Positions 26,434 through 39,262 of a DNA stretch of 64,000 bases are shown piece by piece (the first letter of the stretch is position 1; the number at the start of each line of letters is the position of its first letter). The notes beneath the pieces are model-generated. The model was not told the origin of the DNA, made no database searches, and saw nothing but the letters and a program-made list of their open reading frames with translations. This stretch comes from Octopus sinensis. Its lineage: Eukaryota. Location: assembly GCF_006345805.1 (NCBI RefSeq), contig NC_043000.1, positions 57,784,001 through 57,848,000 of the forward strand, read 5' to 3'. The translations under genes and the position numbers were made by a program.

Positions 26434-26440
<7 letters not shown>
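26143..26440 (+). mobile_element. GC-rich SINE between (TA)n tracts, with a short tandem tail
   Basis: B-box-like gtttcgattccc, GC-rich body, tail tcacggtaatcacggtgat. A fragment of the same body recurs at ~63945-63985. Confidence 0.7.
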
Positions 26441-26477
<37 letters not shown>

Positions 26478-28233
26478 CATACATATATACATACATATAT
26501 ATACATATATATACACACACACACATACATTTAAAGTTTGATGCTCTACTGACTGAGCTATATAGGTAAATCATAGTCATGACCAATGCCAGTAACATGT
26601 AAAGCACACTGGTGTTGGTGACACATATAGGGCACCCAGTACATTCTCAAGAATAGTTGGTATTAGGAAGGGCATCCAACCATAGATAGACTGGAGCCTC
26701 ATGCAGCTCTCTGGCTTACCAGCTCCAGTCAAACTGTCTGACCCATGCCAGCATGGAAAACAGACATTAAATAATGGCGATGATGATGATGATATACATA
26801 CATGCTTATATCATATATTGATGAAGGATGTAATTGCCATCAATAATATGAATCAGTGTCTCAGCTACCAAGAATCCTGTGACCGACAATGCAAGAGGTC
26901 ACAATTTTTCGTATAAAATGAATGAATAACTTGGTTTATAATTGCATGGGTTTCAATAGGACTAAAAAAATAATATAGTAAAGAAAGATATTAATTGCTT
27001 TGTTAGTTACTATTTTTCTTTCTCTTTGTGTTTTCAGATTTATATAATTTTGTTTAATGTATATGCATGGGTATATGTGTGTATTTTGATATGAAGAATT
27101 TAAATGCCTAAAAGTTTTGAAATTATTATTAATTTGAGGTAACGGTTTTTGTTTTGGGTTATCTTTCTTGTTAAAAAACAAAAAAATCAAATATTACCTC
27201 GATCATATTGTGGAATTTTGTGGTGTGTTTTGCAATTTGAAGTATTCAAGAGACTTTCCGTTATTGCTGAATGTCAAGGATGGTTCAGATTATCAACTAG
27301 CCTTATTGTACTTTGTCAAGGACGGTTGAGATACAAAAAGATTTTTCACCTAGAAAATAGAACATAACTTTTGAAATGATGAGATTAGCTTAGGCGGTCA
27401 TGAGGGAATAGTGAATAGGAGGAGATGAACAAGGAAAGTGAGGTAGTTGAATAAGAGAGGAGAAGTGAAAAAAACCATAAGAAGAAGAATGAAGACAGTT
27501 TTTGAGTCAATAAAATCAACCCCAGTACTTGATAACTATTTTATCAACCTCTTGTGACCGAAATACAAAGTTGACCTAGGTGGGATTTGAACTCAGGATG
27601 TAAAAGGCTATAAATAAATGCTACACATTATTATATTTTGTGGAACCCAAAATGATTTGGCATTAGAGAGAATAACAATAAGCATGGAAGAAGAAAAATA
27701 GTTGAAGAAGCTAGAGAAGGGAAAAACAAATATATTTGAAAGTAAAATGTTTGCTGTTGTTGCTAACACCAGCTTAATTGAACAGATTTATGATCAAAGG
27801 CATTCTACCTGAGGTTATCCCATTTTTTATCCATACATAATGTGTCTAGAAGCACATTATCCAATGTGCCCTTCCTTCAAAATAGTAACCTGTGAGATGA
27901 GGAAGACTTGGCTGCTATTTCTGGCAGATCAATCAACCAGTAAAGGTTATCCTTGCTTGCTCAAAATGTTTGATGTTAAAATCAAAATGGTGAAGTCACC
28001 TCAAAGGCTTTTGTTCTCATTGTCTTATGGATCAGAAGAGAAAGTTTAATACAAGTAGAGACATTTAAAAGAGATATAAATATCCAATGTACATATTTGA
28101 AAACAAAATATAAATCAGATTTTAAATTAATATAATGTAATAGAAAGCATTAAAAATTTATGCTAATGTATTCCAATAAGCTGTACTATAAATGAAAACA
28201 ACAGCAACTGGATAAACTGAAAACAAGTTACAA

Positions 28234-28272
<39 letters not shown>

Positions 28273-28544
28273 CATTTCGAATGAGATAGCGTAACATTTA
28301 ACTAACTAATGCTTAGAATACCATGAAATCCATGTATATCCCAATTCCAATCAGGTATTAAAGATAATTTTCCCTATGATTTTCTTTTGGTATTATATAC
28401 ATTTGAATAATTTGCAGTCTGTATATTCCAGAACAAAATAAAAGAGGAGATTTGGTTAAACTCTAAGGTTATGTTAAAGATTTTGATCAAATCATCTGTA
28501 TTATTCTGCTCTCAGATGGATGGATATCTATATCTATGTATGTT

Positions 28545-28675
28545 ATGTATGTATGTATGTATGTATGATGTATGATGTATGATGTATGTATGTATGTATG
28601 TATGTATGTATGTATGTATGTATCTATCTATCTATCTATATATATATATATATAATATATATATATATATATGCA
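28545..28675. repeat. Compound (ATGT)n/(ATCT)n/(TA)n microsatellite
   Basis: Directly visible. It is one of dozens of (TA)n, (CA)n and (GA)n tracts in the window. Confidence 0.95.
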
Positions 28676-29060
28676 GTAGAACCTCACAGGATGGGTGGCC
28701 CATTGTATGAGAATTTACTGTACAAGCCAAGACCTGTGTGAATTTTTGTCTTGAGGTATGAGCAGAAATCTGCAGTATGAGTATACAAATCATCCATCTT
28801 TAAGGTAATTCAGTTAATAAAGCCAGTTTACATATTTCTTTTGCATTCTCTTTTTTATAATTGTCATTTTACTTGTATCTGCACCTTTTCTGTTTTAATT
28901 TTGAGTTTTTTGGGGCTGGAACAGATTAATTATATTTTAGTAAATTTCAATGGAGAAAATTGATTTATAAAATGAGTAACTTGTAAGATAAGCTCTGTAA
29001 TGGAACAAATTAATCTCATACTGTGATGTATCACTGTATATCTACACACACACACATATA

Positions 29061-30088
29061 TAGGGTCTGTAAGGTATTTGAGGATTTACCTTTTTCAGGC
29101 ATTGCTGCATTTTTTGCTAACACTATATAATCTTTGTTTCAGAAAATAATAATGGCAGAAATGTATCACCAGTATCAAAGCATAAAAAGCATTCTGAATG
29201 CTCTGAAATCATCAGAATACCTGGATTTATCCAACAAGTTCAACAGACCATTGATTACAATCCCAGAAAGTCCATAAGGTCAGTTGCAAAAGATCTCCAT
29301 ATGTCAGAAAGAACAGTCAGAAATGTTGTCCACAATGGCATCAGAAAATCACTACATCAGAACTAAAAGGCTCTTAAACAAACTGAAAAAATCCAGCAAA
29401 AGATTTGATTTGGTTTTTCTCAAACAAGAAAAACTTCGATCAAAATCAAAAAGTTAATGGAAGAAATGACAGATGGTTATATGCAGACCCTTCTGAAGTT
29501 CGAAGTGTTATGCATACTAAATTTCATGTAACTGTCATGATTTAAGGGGTTATCAGCAATGAAGGACACATGATACCTCCTTACTTCTTTCCACAAGGCC
29601 TTAGAGTTAACTCTGCTGCCTACATTGAGGTCCTGGAAATAATTGTTAAGCCCTGGATAGACAGTGTATGTAATGGAAGGCCATATGTGTTTCAGTAAGA
29701 CCCTGCACTATCACACATGGTTCTAGTAACACAGAGGAATGGATGGCTGAAAATTTTTTATGATCACATAACCTTTGGCCTCCTAATTCCCCAGATCTCA
29801 ATCCATTGGACTATTACATGTGGAGTGTACCAAAGATTCTTTGAAAGCTGCCATAGTCAGAGTATTGTCCAAAATGAACCAGAACCACTTAATTTGAGCA
29901 TGTAGATGATTTAGATTTCATATAGAAGCAGTTGTTGAAACTGAAGGTGACTTTAGTGAATACCATTACAGAAAAGAAAGTTTATTTTTATCCTCATTGC
30001 ATTATTTGATAAACAGAGTTATTATCTGTTATTATATATTTGTTTTTTTTTTATAAACATAAATCTGTCCTCAAATACCTTACGCACC

Positions 30089-30091
<3 letters not shown>
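29061..30091 (+). mobile_element. TIR-bounded, internally deleted maT-like Tc1/mariner element (1031 bp)
   Basis: TIRs TAGGGTCTGTAAGGTATTTGAGGA vs CAGGGTGCGTAAGGTATTTGAGGA (21/24); TA left, TG right. Motifs NDRWLYADPSEV, GVISNEGHMIPPYFFPQGLRVN, PYVFQ*D and WPPNSPDLNPLDYY. Confidence 0.92.
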
Positions 30092-30162
<71 letters not shown>

Positions 30163-31006
30163 TTCATAACAAAATTGCAAAACGAATTTTGCTAGCAAAG
30201 GTTGCAGGTATGATATTGATATTGGAGATCCATGTTTTAATATTTACCAAAACTATAGGACAGTGGAGTCCCTATAGGGCGCTGGATTAGGTTTTATATT
30301 TTCTAGTTTAGTATATTAAACTTTTGAATTTAAATTTGCTTTTATTGTTTCCAATATAAGTAAGTACTAACATTATTACATATACTCCCTCCATTTACCA
30401 AAGAAGCTTTGTGCTTAAGAAAGAATTGAGAACTAATGATTGTGGGGGTAAGTTTCCAGCGAGTTTGGTCTGTGACCTGTTTTTGATATCTAGCAGCAGC
30501 CATTACACTAAATGTTCATGAGACAGAGAGGTACATATTCATCTTTAAATTTTATGAATATGATGCACAGTAGGAAAATAATTTCATCAGAAATATTTTA
30601 CCTTTTACTATTTTATACTTATTTTTCTCAATAATTGTGATGGCTTCTTGAAAATCTGGACATACATATAGAGTTGGAGCAAATATTTGTAGAACTGAAT
30701 GTCCTTCCTACTACAAAGCATTTAACAATGAAGAGGAATAACATTTCCTTCAGTTATGTAAACTAAAGCATGTTGGGTTTATACAACCTATCTAGGGACA
30801 CAACACAATGATGGTTCATTTTTATACAACCCAATTCCTTTAACTACTCTTCAATAACAGTTTTACTTCAAAATAGGTGACTTTTCTATATTATAAATTA
30901 CCCTTAATTGTTTCCTATATTTTTTTTAATTGTATAAAGCAATGCTACAGAAACGCATGACATTTGTATAAACAGTTCAACACATTATCCACTCATATAT
31001 ATATAT

Positions 31007-31038
<32 letters not shown>

Positions 31039-31319
31039 AAGTGTGTGTGTCTTTATAGTTGCAATTAAATGGGTTCAGGAATGCCTGTGTGGTGAAGAAG
31101 TTCACATAGTAGCCATCCACATATTTCTGGATTTGATTCCACTGCATGGTACCTAGGGCCAAGTGTCATCTACCAGGCTTTACGTTGACCATTACTATGT
31201 GACTGGAATTTGGTAGATGGGAACTGTGTGGATAACCTGTTGTCTAGCTGTTGTGCATAAGTTATACATACATGTGTATATCTTACAATGTTGTACATTA
31301 ATGAAGAGATATAAATATC

Positions 31320-31705
31320 TATTGTTATATTTTTGGATGGTCATTTCTTTTTCTTGCCAAATAAACACATGCACTATATGTTTGTTCTTCACTCATCTGT
31401 TATTGTTCTTCTTTTTATCTCATGTAAATTGTCTGGAAATCTGTTGGCACACATCTGTGACCTCTTCAGCAACTCCCCCATCCCACATGTATCTTCCTGC
31501 TCTGAGAATGGACCAAACAGAACAGGAGGATACATGTGGGATAAAAGAGTCACTGAAGAGATCAGTGACAGATGTGTGATGAAAGGTTTCCAGACAATAG
31601 ACATAAGATAAAATAAGAACAATAATAAACAAGTGAAAAACAGATATCTAGTGCACGTGCTTATTTAGGAAGAAAAAAAATTAATCATCCTGAAACACAA
31701 CAATA
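31320..31705. repeat. Long imperfect inverted repeat (arms ~185 bp, 13-nt loop)
   Basis: 31320-31504 is the reverse complement of 31518-31705 (roughly 75% by eye), e.g. atcccacatgtatcttcctg / caggaggatacatgtgggat. Confidence 0.9.
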
Positions 31706-31876
31706 TCTGTTTCAACACATGATTTCACATCAGGGAACTTGCAAAACAAATTCGTAAATGATATAAATATAATTGAGAAATAATAAAACCAATGACACTT
31801 CCTAGTCATTCTCATTGTGACAAATGAAGTGAAATAGTGATTGGTTTTTGGACACCTGTTACCATAATGTTGCTGC

Positions 31877-31915
<39 letters not shown>

Positions 31916-34900
31916 AAACAAAAACAAAAAAATCAAAGTTCATAATATCTTGCTTGAAAGAAAATAGTGGTTTACAAAACTACGAACCAGGTTAATGAAA
32001 TATATTACTGGTTCTTCTTTACATGCACCAATATATTGTGTTGAGTCAAAAGTTTTGCAATATGTTGGTAACTTATTTGTTTTGTTCAACAAGTTAAAAA
32101 AAAGCAACCTTGCATTCAGAGTAGAGGCCATTGTGTTGCACTGTCGGAAGCTACCTTTCTCTCAGTTCTTTGATTATACACTGATACCTGTTCTTATCTT
32201 TTGAAGTGAAGAACCCCTCTACTGAAGCTTCCAGCTCCTAGTTGATAAAGTGTTGTGTGTACATGAAGTGAGCTATGGATTGGAACAAGTAATAATCCAA
32301 GAGAGATATTATTCCACAACGCAATAATACTAGCTTTCAAGCCATTAACCAGAAATAGCACACACACCTCCCCACTTACACCTTACTAACTTAAAGACTT
32401 ACTGATCACTGTAGTCTAGAATACACTGCCTAGACATGAGAGAGAGAAAGAGATAGGGAGGGAGAGAGAGGGAGAAAGAAAGAGAGAGAGAAGATGTGAC
32501 AATCATAGTTACAGTGACACTGACCATAGGTCTGACTAAGGATCAACAACAGCAACTAATATTTTACCTGCCCATATACAACAAAAAAAAAGTTGATTTT
32601 GGAATCAGTTTAAGACAGAACACACCACTAGGTAATACAAAGTCATTAGTTTGGTTCCATAATGTATGTTATTTCAATTGTCTTTTCACTTAAAATGAAA
32701 TTGTAACCTCATCTATTTCCTTCAACTTACTGACAAAGCTCTTCTCTGACAACAAACTACCACAGTATCAAAAGCACACAAAGAAACATAGTAAGGGAAT
32801 TCTAACTATATTTTATAATGACATTGGTCATCTTGAGGTCTTAGCCACTGTGAGTGGACTGTACTTTGCTGAGGAGGTCTTATAAGCAGAAAACATGTCT
32901 GGAGTTGTTACTAGAGATGTAAAAGATCAGTCAGTCTCACCCCACTGATCCCTGCTGCTCCTTTTGAGAATAATTTTCATTAACTCTACACATTTTTCTC
33001 CTCATTATGGCTATAATTTTTATTGACTATTTTCAACTCAATACCTTAAACATGGTAGCCTGCACTTAACTATATATCATAATTTAGGGCACTTTAGATA
33101 TCACGAAAGAAACTTAGTCATTTACGTATTTTATAGAAGTTGTCTCTGGCACAGAGATTATGTTTCATCTGTAGTAATTCATGCATCATTGCACAGACTG
33201 GGGGTTTCAGTGTGTGAGGGAGAGCATAGTGAAAGTAGAAAGTTCCAACACTTTTCTATTGTACAACCAAAGATTCACCATCAGCTATACTGTACTTTAC
33301 TCTTTACAGGTAACAAATGTTCCCATATGTTTTTTTTTTATGGGTTAGAAGTGGAAGAGTAGCATCAACATCCATGTATTTCACAGGGCATTTGATTCTG
33401 CTCGAGGAAAAAAGATGAAATAACTATTGGGTTGCTGCTGTAGGAACCAACCTATTAAGAAATTGAGCTGTCATCAGATTGGCAACATGGTCTGAATGCT
33501 TGTAGCAGAATGGACTCTGCTAAAGAAACCTAAAGATTAAGTGGTGGTGATGATAGGGTAAAAGTGATGGTAGTGGAGTGAAATCAGGACAAGTATTAAG
33601 TTTGTCACACAAGAACAGGCACTGTTCGTCAGAAAAGTTTAAATACAATTCCTGTCAATCTAATTTCACTAGAGGCAAGATACTTTCCCAAGATACTGCA
33701 CAAGAAGAGTGTTCTTAGAAATATGTGATTGTAAGTTGAACTTCTTAACAATATGACCATATCTGTACCTATTCTTTAAATTAAACCTTTGATAATTTAT
33801 GGTTACTGACACAAACGTTGGCCAAAGAAATGATTGCCATGATATATTTGACTATATATTGTTAGAGCTTCAATAGAAGATATGATGTCTTTTGTTTTTC
33901 ATGAATATGTCATCTAGAACCAGGATTACACTTGCAATATAATGCAAAGGAATCAAACAAAGCAAGTGAACTCTGCAAACTGCAATGCAAATAACTCATC
34001 TAGGAAATCAATAAGATTGAATAAGAACTGATCAAAAGTAAAGTATACTTTTTAGACCTGCCAGAAACAGAAATCACTTGCACTGGTGTCAAAATAAAAT
34101 GTACACAGTGTGACAGTAACCTATCTAAGAGAGAAGCAACTCTGAATAAAAACTGATACAGGATAGAGAAGACTTCTAGTCCTGCTGTAGACAACCTACC
34201 TAGTATTGGAACAATAACTGTATCCAGTCAGTGATGAGATAATACAAACCCTGTCCATTTCATGTTAGCATGGAAAACAGACATAAGTTGATGACAACAG
34301 CACTGATGATGATGGTGATGAAGATGATGATGATGAATACAGTATTTTGAAATTCATACTTATTCATGTGTTCACATAAGAAATTAAAAGATTTTCAAAT
34401 TATGAATACTATAGTTATTTCATTATGTATATATTTTTTATATATGAGCTCAACACTATAATTTAACAAAACATATATAAATTACACAGTATCTCTACTG
34501 AACTGTAAATCTCTTTAGGGTCTATTTAAAACCAGAAATATGCGGGTCACTTGTACACAGAATTTCTCCAGTAACAAGATATGAAACACAAAGAAAACTT
34601 TGGCTGCAAAGCCAGTATCCAATTGATATGGTCATCTGTAACAATATCCATACTTAGAAAAGAGGAAAGACATTCAGAATAAAATGGAATAGGAATAATA
34701 TAATAATTATACCATAATTAACACAATTCAGAGTAGAAATTAGTTTGGCTCAGCTATAAATAGCTACAAACCAAATTATAAAATAACAAATTTTAAGTAA
34801 AGATAGTGAATGTTCTGTGTTGCTGTTGGTATTTGCTCAAATACTAATATACTATGATGCTGCTTCTTGCTACATCAACATGTACATCGTGGCTTCTTCC

Positions 34901-36095
34901 TCTTCTCTTTCTCCTCATCAGCCTTAGAGGTCTGGCACTGGTCTTCTCCCTCTGACTTAGCTCCCCACCACTGCTAAAAAGAATGAAACAAATTCTTTTA
35001 TTGGATGCCATCAATTTGTCTCTATTTAGCAAAGTTTCCTCAGCAGAGACAGAGGTGGGACAGGCACAGGAGGGGGAGGAAGAGGAGGAGGCAGAGGAAG
35101 AAGCAGAGGAGGGGGAGGAGGAAATATCAAAGCTTGAGATGCAAAATATCCCAAGTAATTTCAGAAATGGATTCTAGAAGGCAGGGTTTTTAAATGTCTT
35201 GAATACTTTAAACTTATTATTAAATAGCTACCCAGAGATTTTTTAAAAGTGCAGATTGTCCAAAATGAAAGAGTTCAGAGTATATTAAAGAAAAATTTCC
35301 ATATTATAGAGATGTCATTCTATGAAAATATTATTCCTCTGAAGTCAATAAGTTGAAGTACCAGTCTAGTGCCAAGGTCAATGCAACTGATTCATTCCCC
35401 CTCCTCAAAACTGCTAGCCACGCATCTAAATAAGAAACAATAATACATTCAGTCATGTTGATCTAAGATACTATCACACTGACTAGATTAATAAAGGCAC
35501 TGTACTTAATAACCCACTGAGTAGTTATTGCAGTACTGGTGACTTCATCTTCATGTAGAGTATTTAAGATAACTCCGTTTTGATGAACTTATCTGTCTCC
35601 AAGCTATAAACATAAAACTCTGTACTGCAGACAAACAATCTACTAGTCACTTTTATAGTATAACCACTGTTTGGAGCAATGAGTTGTCTTTACACTTTAG
35701 TATTTATTTATTTACAACTAAGTGGATAGAGGTATGTGAGGTAAGTGTCTGGGCTACAGAGAATTCCAGTGACTTGTTATAAATTGCTAACTTCTTGACT
35801 TATTGACGAGAATACTTTTGAGACAGCAATTAAGTAATATTCTTTGTTATTCTAAGCACAATGCCCGAAATTTTTAGGAAGGGTGCCAGTCGATTAGATC
35901 GACCCCAGTATGCAACTGGTACTTAATTTATCGACCCTGAAAGGATGACAGGCAAAGCCAGCCTTGGCGGAATTTGAACTCAGAACATAAAGACAAACGA
36001 AACACCGCTTAGCATTTCACCCGGTATGCTAACATTTCTGCCAGCTCACCGCCTTAAGCAATCAACTAATATTAGCATGCATATATACATACATT

Positions 36096-36126
<31 letters not shown>

Positions 36127-36332
36127 AAAAGAGGTAACACAGGAAAAACAATGCTTATGTAATGAACTTCATGTTATGAAGAGTATACCATAACCATCGT
36201 TTTTCCTGTGACATCACTTTTTCTAGTTACTGCTCTATATTCATCTAACACTTTGTTCTTAAACATACATATATTGAGTTCTACATCAGGTTATTAGCCT
36301 AAGTGAAATATATGTATATATATATACATATA

Positions 36333-36371
<39 letters not shown>

Positions 36372-36990
36372 ATGGTACGAAACTGAGTAATATCATCTGG
36401 TTGATAACTGATGAAGAATTAGGGACCTCCTGTTTTCATTTTCTGTCTGTTTCTGCACTCAGTATATGTTCTTATGTTTGTGTGTGCATTCATTTTATGT
36501 TTCTTCCTTTGTGCATTTACTATACATTTTGTCACTTATTAAGTAATAGAAGGCAATGCACAGTAAGTTATATATATATATATATATTATATATACTGAC
36601 AATATATACTGCTCAATATGGAAAGCATGTAGTAGTGCTCAGAAGAAGTGAATTTAAACCAAATTCTTCATCCAGGACTAGGTCCATGGTATCACAAGTG
36701 AGCTATAAGAGAAATCCAGGCTAGCTGATACAGAGTTAGTAATGTAGATAAACACAAGTAGGCTTGACACATATACACATAGATATACATAGATACATAC
36801 ACACGAATATGCATAAATACATATATATATATATTACGGAGATGTACTCGCATAGCAAGTGATTTGATCTGAGATCGTGTGCTGGAACGAAAATAATTGC
36901 AGCATAGAAGTTGATTGTAAGCCATTTAAGAAACACACAAAAGCCGTTTGATTCACTTCAACATTTAAGTTTAATTTGTCAAAATATTTA

Positions 36991-37524
36991 TATATTTTTT
37001 ATTTAGAGATAGTAGTGCCCTTCATCCCACCATATAAAAGAATTTTAATTTAATTTAATACTTACTACTCATTTCTCAGCTACACGTGTTTTTTGAGGTT
37101 CTTTTACGGTTCCTTAAGCATGCAGTGTTTTACAGGAACCTTTCTTAAAATGTAACCCCAATCATCAGGCTTCTAAATAACTTTATCATAGTTCGATACC
37201 AAATACTATATTTTAATTTTAACATATAAGTATGTGCATGTGTAAATAGATTTGCCGGACCTTACTGTGCAAGCCGTAATTTAATTCAAATAAAAATTCA
37301 AATAAAAAATAAAAAATAACAAATAAAAATAAAAAATACGAATAAAAAATAAAATTTAAAAAAATAAAATTATAAAAATACGAATAAAAAATAAAATAAG
37401 GAACTGTAAAAGAACCTCAAGAAACACGTGTAGCTGAGAAATGAGTAGTAAGTATTAAATCAAATTAAAATTCTTTTATATGGTGGGATGAAGGGGACTA
37501 CTATCTCTAAATAAAAAATATATA
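36991..37524. repeat. Inverted repeat (arms ~125 bp, ~282-bp spacer containing (AAATA)n)
   Basis: 36991-37115 pairs with 37398-37524 with few mismatches. Confidence 0.93.
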
Positions 37525-37596
37525 TTTCCTCATTGAGAATAATTTGAATCCCTGCGATGCCGGAAATTTTATTCCCTAATAAAAAAAATAATATAA

Positions 37597-37636
<40 letters not shown>

Positions 37637-38410
37637 GAACAAATGTATACAGACATATATACATACACATACATATATGCAAATATATACATACACATAT
37701 ACTATATATCTACATAGAGCATAGCAAGTACAGAATATTGAGAAAAGAATACATAGTTTCTTAACTTGACAGTTGTTTCAGGAAGCTTGGAATTACATAA
37801 TAATAATAATGTTCATAATTTGCAGATGGAATGTGAAAAATTTCTTGGGCATACAACCAGTAAATAATTACAGAGATATTACTATAAGTCTGGCTCCCTT
37901 CATCAAGAGAAAATTGGCAAAAACAGTTAGCATAGCAGTGTGAGAGATTTACAAGTTGAAGAGAGACAGGAGTAAGGATAAAAGCAAAAGACAGGGAGAG
38001 GGAAGATATAAGTGGTGTAAGAAGGGGGAATAGAGGCAGAGAAGAAGAAATGTAAGGTAAGGAGAGAAAGAAAGGTTTCTAGAGATAGAATAGGTGAAAC
38101 ATAGAGAGGTGGGAAAAAAGTAAAGTTGGTGTGGTGAAAGGAAGAATCACTGGTGGTCAGGAATCTCATTAAATCAATTAGCAAAGTAGCTGGCTATACA
38201 AAGAGACAGGAAGAGACAAGTAAAAGAACTAAAAAGGAATTGGGGTGGGTGTAGCAGAGGTGAAAAGATGCATATGTGTGTGCGTGCATACATGCGTGTG
38301 TGTATGCATATATGTATTATATATATATATATCTTCATGCATATATGTGTTATATATATACACATTATATATATATATATAAATAATCTGTATGCACATA
38401 CATATTATAT

Positions 38411-38471
<61 letters not shown>

Positions 38472-39139
38472 GTGTGTGTATATATATATGTATGCACGTA
38501 TAAAGATCATATGAGTATTGATACTTCAAGTCATGTTCACAAGAGAAACTATCGGCCTATACTCATATTGATATACAATAATGGAGGCCTGTAACAACAA
38601 TAACAGAAGCAGCAACAAAAAAATATTTTCTTTTGAAATCTCATCCAAATTTTCAATGAAGGAGTCTGTGCAGTTGATGGTTCTTATGTATTTTTTTTTT
38701 TTCTAGTCATAGTTTGATCCATTTAAATTCATGTTGCTGCCACTGCTGGTTCCGTTTGCTCAACCCTCAGTCTTGCACTGACATTGAGCACTGCTGATAT
38801 TAAGGGGATTTTCTGAAATCTGGTGAGGGTTGTGCTGCTGACCTGATGCAATCAATGGTCTTGCTGTTGCTACCTGAAATGATATAGTAATGTAGCAGAC
38901 TCTCTAGAATGGAGCCTGACATCAAATCTTGGTGTCTTTCTAGTCTTGGCAATTTCCAATGATTCAGTTGCTTGGTGTCAAAATATGCCACAGCTATATA
39001 TTTGTTAAATATTTTTTTTTTCTGTGGAGAATGCAAACAGCCCTTTCACAGTCAATCTAAAGCAATCCATTCAGACTACAGTTTAATTTCACTTAACTGC
39101 TTCACAACTGATAGCAAAATTAACCATAAAATGGTGCAT

Positions 39140-39262
39140 CATTTTAAATGCCACCACCTCCACCACCACCACCGTAGTCATTGTCATTACTACTGCTACC
39201 ATCACCAGCATCATTGCTGCTGCAGCCACCACTGCCACTACCAGCACCACCACTGCTATCAC
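39140..39262. repeat. Degenerate CAY/CAC trinucleotide repeat
   Basis: caccaccaccacc...catcaccagcatcat; it explains the His/Cys-rich ORF 38972-39364. Confidence 0.85.

Noticed and set aside
27200-27355. Minus-strand segment with a strong acceptor and donor
   Set aside because: All three frames contain stops; at most a non-coding exon.
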